A stretch of DNA of 12,078 bases from Candidatus Oleincola secundus. Its GTDB lineage: Bacteria > Atribacterota > Phoenicimicrobiia > Phoenicimicrobiales > Stramentimicrobiaceae. The position numbers and the translations under genes are program-made. The notes under the pieces are model-generated. The model ran no database searches and was not told the origin of the DNA. It saw only the letters and a program-made list of their open reading frames with translations. Of this stretch, positions 7,821-12,078 are shown in pieces. Within the stretch, counting starts at the first letter, position 1. The number at the start of each line of letters is the position of its first letter. The stretch lies in assembly GCA_018400815.1 (NCBI GenBank), contig JAGYLS010000054.1:1-12078 (forward strand), in the 5' to 3' direction.

Positions 7821-8789
7821 ATGAAAAAGTTTACTATTCATCTACTTATTGTATGTTTACTTATCTCATTTGTAACTATGACCTGTGCAGCACAACTTCG
7901 TTTTGCCTTTATGCCTGGTATCGCAGATCCTTTTTATTTCACTATGGAAAAAGGAGCTAAAGCTAAAGCAGAGGAATTAGGAGTGGAATTGTTAATTGGA
8001 GAATATCCGAAAGCCTGGGGTCCGGAATATCAGGTACCTATCCTGAAAGCTTTAGTAGCAAGAGGGGATATTGATTTACTCTTTACGGCACCTACTTCCA
8101 CTGAGGCATTGATTCCGGTTTTAAAGGAAATTCATGACAGTGGTATTCCTGTTATTACCGTTGATACGTATCTTGGAGATGGTGATTATACAAAGCCAAG
8201 CAATTACAATTTCCCACTTTCCTATATCGGGACAGACAACTTTTTAGGAGGTCAAGTTGTCGCCGGTCAACTAGCGATAATGCTAGATGGAAAAGGGGAG
8301 GTTTTTTTAGAAAACACCAATCCGGATACTTCCAGTGTTATGGACCGGGAACTTGGATTTAGAGCAGGAATTAATATTTTCCCGGAAATGGAACTAGTTG
8401 GAGTTGAATATTGTTTGGATGTTCAGGAAACCGCTGCTTCTCAGGTCAGTGCAGCATTACAGAAACATCCAGACTTAGCCGCGGTATTCGGAGTCAATGT
8501 CTTCAGTGCTCAAGGGGCATATCAAGCGGTGGTAGGCGCTGGTTTGGAAAGTGCTGTTAAGATAGCTACCTGGGATGCTACAGAAACCTTAATTGAGGCA
8601 TTAAAAAGAGGCGAGTTAGATTTGATATTAGCTCAAATGCCTGCTCAGATGGGTGCTCTCTGTGTAGAATGGGGTGTTAAACACCTGAAGGAGAATGCAG
8701 AAATACCTAAAAAGGTAACACCTGGATTCTTTGTCTTTACTCAAGAAAACGTAAATGATCCCGAAGCCCAGCAATACATCTACAAATAA
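7821..8789 (+). CDS. Sugar ABC transporter substrate-binding protein (RbsB-like, CUT2)
   Basis: AGGAGG at 7806-7811 supports ATG 7821 (the ORF-track 7803 start is too early). Signal peptide MKKFTIHLLIVCLLISFVTMTCA, with motifs DPFYFTMEKGA, GIPVITVDT, YIGTDNFLGG, DRELGF and AQMPAQMG. Confidence 0.92.
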   Translation: MKKFTIHLLIVCLLISFVTMTCAAQLRFAFMPGIADPFYFTMEKGAKAKAEELGVELLIGEYPKAWGPEYQVPILKALVARGDIDLLFTAPTSTEALIPVLKEIHDSGIPVITVDTYLGDGDYTKPSNYNFPLSYIGTDNFLGGQVVAGQLAIMLDGKGEVFLENTNPDTSSVMDRELGFRAGINIFPEMELVGVEYCLDVQETAASQVSAALQKHPDLAAVFGVNVFSAQGAYQAVVGAGLESAVKIATWDATETLIEALKRGELDLILAQMPAQMGALCVEWGVKHLKENAEIPKKVTPGFFVFTQENVNDPEAQQYIYK

Positions 8790-8826
8790 TTAATGAAGCA
8801 GCTAATTTTTAGGTAAAGTTAAAGAA

Positions 8827-8868
8827 GATTAAAGCGACAGGGAATACATCATCTCTGTCGCTTTAATC
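8827..8868 (+). terminator. Strong intercistronic stem-loop after the binding-protein gene (mRNA stabiliser or partial terminator)
   Basis: gattaaagcgacaggga (8827-8843) pairs with tctctgtcgctttaatc (8852-8868), 17 bp with one G-U. It is followed by AAAA rather than a U-tract on the plus strand. Confidence 0.75.
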
Positions 8869-8887
8869 AAAAGGGTTTATATTTAAA

Positions 8888-9995
8888 ATGATCGATGTAA
8901 AATTACCCAATGATAAAATTGCTCTTAATCACCAAGATAGCAGGAGAAGCCGATTAGTTCATTATATAGGCCGTAACTGGTCTTTAATTTTTAATATTAT
9001 TATTCTTCTTATTTAGTATTTTGGGAGAAAACTTTTAATGTTAATAATTTTAACAGTTTGATATTAGGCGTGAGTTCTCTCTCTTGTTATTGGCTACAGG
9101 AGAAACCTTTGTTATTATTAGTGGTGGCATTGATTTGTCTATTGGTTTTGTTATGGGATTTGCCTGTGTTAGCACAGCAATTATTATGCGGGATATGACC
9201 GCTGCTGGATACGCTCCTTTCATAAGTATGTTGATTGGTTCACTAGTGGGACTATTATTAGGTTCAATACCGGGTCTGGTTAATGGTTTTTTAGTTGCTC
9301 GTTTACGTGTACCTCCTTTTATTGCAACTTTGGGAATGTGGGGAATTGCCAATGGATTGGCCTGGCGTCTTAGTGAGGGGTTTCCGATTGGTTTTTTGCC
9401 CTTGGAGGTTAGAGACTTCGGAAATGCTTTTTTGGCTTATTTTTCCCAAAAAGAAGGATTTTCTATATTAGTTAAGCCGGAATTAACCGAGCGAGCCGAT
9501 ATATTAAACCTAATAAAGATTGTACCAATTCCTATATTAATTATTTTTTTCATACTTACATTATTTGCTTTTATTCTTACTCGTACACAATTCGGTCAGC
9601 ATACCTATGCCATTGGTGATGAAGTTAATGCTGCAATAAGAGCAGGGATCAATGTTCCCTGGCATCTTATTAAAATTTATGTTATTTCATCTTTTCTGGC
9701 TTCCTGCGCAGGAGTATTGTTGGTTTATAAGTTACATATGGGCGTCCATACCCAGTATACTTCCAGTTATGAATTATTTGCGGTTGCTGCAGTGATCATA
9801 GGAGGTGCCAGTCTAACTGGTGGTAAGGGCAGTATCTGGGGAACGGCACTGGGAGTCATATTAATTGGGACCCTTAATAATGGATTGATGATGATGGGAT
9901 TGCCTATTTTTTATCGTTATATCGCTATTGGCGTTATTTTAATAATTGCTGTCCTGATAGATCAATTTTTCCCGGAGTTGGTGTATAAAGAATGA
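8888..9995 (+). CDS. Sugar ABC transporter permease 1 (RbsC-like); N-terminus interrupted by about 3 frameshifts
   Basis: The intact ORF 9084..9995 has LATGETFVIISGGIDLSIG, VPPFIATLG, TQFGQHTYAIG...AAIRAGINV and AAVIIGGASLTGGKG. Upstream, ATG 8888 reads MIDVKL...GRNWSLIF, then LILLFFLFSILGENF, then NVNNFNSLILGVSSL in successive frames. Shifts fall in T-runs 8988-8992 and 9033-9036 and the CT repeat 9076-9083. Confidence 0.85.
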
Positions 9996-11071
9996 TTGAA
10001 CAAAATAGATTGAAAGAAAAGGGCATGAATTTATTAAGAAGATGGACTTTAATATTTTTAGCTGCTGAACTTATTTATTTTAGCCTGGCAGGAACTAATT
10101 ACTTTAGTCTGAAAAATATCCAGGAAATATTTATGGCTTCAACGACTATTCTTTTGCTTGCTACCGGTCAAACTTTTGTCATTGTTACAGGTGGTATTGA
10201 TCTGTCGGTAGGTTTTATGGTAGGATTCAGTTCGGTTATTTCAGCCAAGGTGATGGTTGAACTGTGGGGAGCAGGCTTTTCGCAAGAATTAGCTATTACT
10301 ATTGGCATTCTAAGTGCTTTGTTGGTTGGTTTGATTCCTGGCTTTATTAATGGATTTTTAGTGGCAAAATTGAGAGTACCACCTTTTATTGCTACTTTTG
10401 GAATGTATGGCATAGCTTATGGTATTGCAGAAATAATTTGTGGAAATATACCTATCCATAACTTGCCTACTAAAGTAGGCTCTATCGGACATGGATATCT
10501 TTTCTACTGGTTACCCCAAAAAGTTTTCAGTTTTTTGCTTAAACCGGAGAATTTAAGTCGCAAGGAATTAACAGAACTTATCTATATTATTCCCAATGTG
10601 ACAGTCATTACTTTTATTTTTATCGGGATATTTGCTTTTATCCTGGCAAAGACTAAATTTGGCCATCATACCTATGCTATCGGAGGAAATATAAATTCAG
10701 CAGAAAGAGCCGGGGTAAATGTGAAGGTGCATTTGATAAAAGTATATATGATTTCATCTTTTTTTGCCTCTCTGGCAGGAGTGATGTATGTTTTAAGGTT
10801 TATTACCGGCCGAGCTCCGGCTGGAAGTGCTCGTCTTTTGGATGCAGTAGTAGCAGTGGTTATTGGAGGTGCCAGTTTGTATGGTGGGAAAGGAACTATT
10901 ATGGGTACTGTTATTGGAGCATTAATTATTGGAGCTTTGGAAGTTGGACTCGTTAATTTAAGTGTACCGACTTACAATTTACATATTTTAGTTGGTTGCA
11001 TCTTGATTTTTGCTGTTCTTATTGATCAAATCTCCCCCGAGTATATTTATAAAGAAAAAGAAATTGATTGA
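9992..11071 (+). CDS. Sugar ABC transporter permease 2 (RbsC-like)
   Basis: LATGQTFVIVTGGIDLSVG, VPPFIATFG, TKFGHHTYAIGGN..SAERAGVNV and AVVIGGASLYGGKG. ATGA overlap with the stop of permease 1. Confidence 0.92.
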   Translation: MIEQNRLKEKGMNLLRRWTLIFLAAELIYFSLAGTNYFSLKNIQEIFMASTTILLLATGQTFVIVTGGIDLSVGFMVGFSSVISAKVMVELWGAGFSQELAITIGILSALLVGLIPGFINGFLVAKLRVPPFIATFGMYGIAYGIAEIICGNIPIHNLPTKVGSIGHGYLFYWLPQKVFSFLLKPENLSRKELTELIYIIPNVTVITFIFIGIFAFILAKTKFGHHTYAIGGNINSAERAGVNVKVHLIKVYMISSFFASLAGVMYVLRFITGRAPAGSARLLDAVVAVVIGGASLYGGKGTIMGTVIGALIIGALEVGLVNLSVPTYNLHILVGCILIFAVLIDQISPEYIYKEKEID

Positions 11072-11085
11072 GTGAGGAGGCTATA

Positions 11086-11871
11086 ATGGAACCATTGTTG
11101 GAAGTTAAAAATATAACTAAGAGATTTGGTGGATTGGTTGCTGTAGATAATGTAAATATGAAAGTATTCCCAGGAGAAGTAGTCGGCATTTTAGGTGACA
11201 ATGGTGCGGGTAAATCCACCTTAATTAAAGTAATTTCAGGCGTTTATCATGCTGATGCAGGTAAAATCTATTTTAATAATCAGATGATTAAGATTAACAA
11301 TCCCATGGAAGCTCTTCGAATAGGCATTGAAACTATATACCAGGATCTAGCGCTTGCCGAAAATCTGAATGTGTACTCAAATATATTTTTAGGCCGGGAA
11401 AAGCTGAAGAAATATTTGGGGTTTATTGATGTATTAGATCATGATTATATGTTAAACGAATCTAAGAAAGTACTAAAACGGCTGGATATTCAAATACCTT
11501 CTTTAAGAAATAAAATCATAAATCTGTCTGGTGGCCAAAGGCAGGCAGTTGCAATTTCCCGATCTATTTATTGGGATGCCAAGTTATTAATTATGGATGA
11601 ACCAACCGCAGCGCTTGGAGTTGTGGAGCAGGAAAAGGTATTGAATCTTGTAAAAACTCTAAGTTCCCAGGGAGTTTCGGTAATAGTTATTAGCCATCAG
11701 ATGAGAGATGTCTTTTCAGTGGCATCACGTTTGATGGTAATGAGGAGAGGTAAAAAAGTCGCAGAGCGGATTACTAAAGAGACTACCCATGAAGAGGTTG
11801 TAGGTCTTATAGTTGGTTCGGTTGAGGCAGATAGTGAGCAGCAGGGGTCCTCAGTTAAAAATAACGTTTAA
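11086..11871 (+). CDS. Sugar ABC transporter ATP-binding protein, single nucleotide-binding domain
   Basis: Walker A GDNGAGKST, Q-loop IYQDLAL, signature LSGGQRQ, Walker B LLIMDEPT and H-loop ISH. GAGGAGG at 11074-11080 supports ATG 11086. Confidence 0.93.
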   Translation: MEPLLEVKNITKRFGGLVAVDNVNMKVFPGEVVGILGDNGAGKSTLIKVISGVYHADAGKIYFNNQMIKINNPMEALRIGIETIYQDLALAENLNVYSNIFLGREKLKKYLGFIDVLDHDYMLNESKKVLKRLDIQIPSLRNKIINLSGGQRQAVAISRSIYWDAKLLIMDEPTAALGVVEQEKVLNLVKTLSSQGVSVIVISHQMRDVFSVASRLMVMRRGKKVAERITKETTHEEVVGLIVGSVEADSEQQGSSVKNNV

Positions 11872-11938
11872 GCAAATTTTTATTATATTATCTCATTAAT
11901 TATAGAAGAAAATCTTCAGAAAATATTTCATTTACTAC

Positions 11939-11966
11939 TTGACATATCCAAAATACATGTTAAAAT
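11939..11966 (+). promoter_or_regulatory. Sigma-70/SigA promoter with extended -10
   Basis: TTGACA (11939-11944), a 16-nt spacer containing TG at 11958-11959, then TAAAAT (11961-11966). Confidence 0.7.
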
Positions 11967-11972
11967 TTTTAT

Positions 11973-12073
11973 CAAATTAAAAAGTTACCAAACTAATTAA
12001 CTAACAAATAACTTTTTCATTTTTAAACCTCCTAAATAAATTGCCCGGCTTTTTAGCCGGGTAATTTATTTTT
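11973..12073 (+). ncRNA. Candidate ~100-nt small RNA (or terminated 5' leader) with an exposed anti-SD/anti-AUG segment
   Basis: It lies between a consensus promoter and a terminator and has no plus-strand ATG. Architecture: 9-bp stem (11979-11987/12009-12017), single-stranded CAUUUUUAAACCUCCU (12018-12033), then the terminator hairpin. The ends are estimated. Confidence 0.45.
12034..12073 (+). terminator. Intrinsic terminator, potentially bidirectional
   Basis: aaataaattgcccggct (12034-12050), a tttt loop, then agccgggtaatttattt (12055-12071): 17 bp with one G-U, a GC-rich core and A/T tails on both sides. Confidence 0.85.
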
Positions 12074-12078
12074 ATAGA

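Noticed and set aside
11997..12033. Minus-strand AGGAGG plus ATG reading MKKLFVS* as a gene or type I toxin
   Set aside because: It stops after 7 codons, and a single frameshift correction does not give a convincing longer ORF. It is kept only as an alternative explanation for the sRNA candidate.

Overview
An AT-rich bacterial window (roughly one-third GC by eye) with strong AGGAGG ribosome-binding sites and consensus sigma-70 promoters. The left part holds three apparently unrelated genes: a 5'-truncated macrodomain protein, a minus-strand class II aldolase/adducin protein and a crotonase-fold protein. A highly structured intergenic region (about 2089-2470) follows, which looks like remnants of an IS200/IS605-type element. 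The rest is a plus-strand sugar-utilisation locus: a fructokinase-like PfkB kinase broken by homopolymer indels, a second PfkB kinase, a D-lyxose/D-mannose isomerase, a DUF4432-like aldose epimerase, a ROK repressor with its own promoter and palindromic operator, and a CUT2 sugar ABC transporter (binding protein, two paralogous permeases, single-domain ATPase). The most unusual signal is at the right end: an extended -10 promoter, a roughly 100-nt ORF-less unit and a terminator. Its linker is the complement of an SD-spacer-AUG site, and it can pair with the translation start of this locus's binding-protein gene, so it is a candidate anti-SD small RNA. All calls come from motif recognition by eye; no searches were run.
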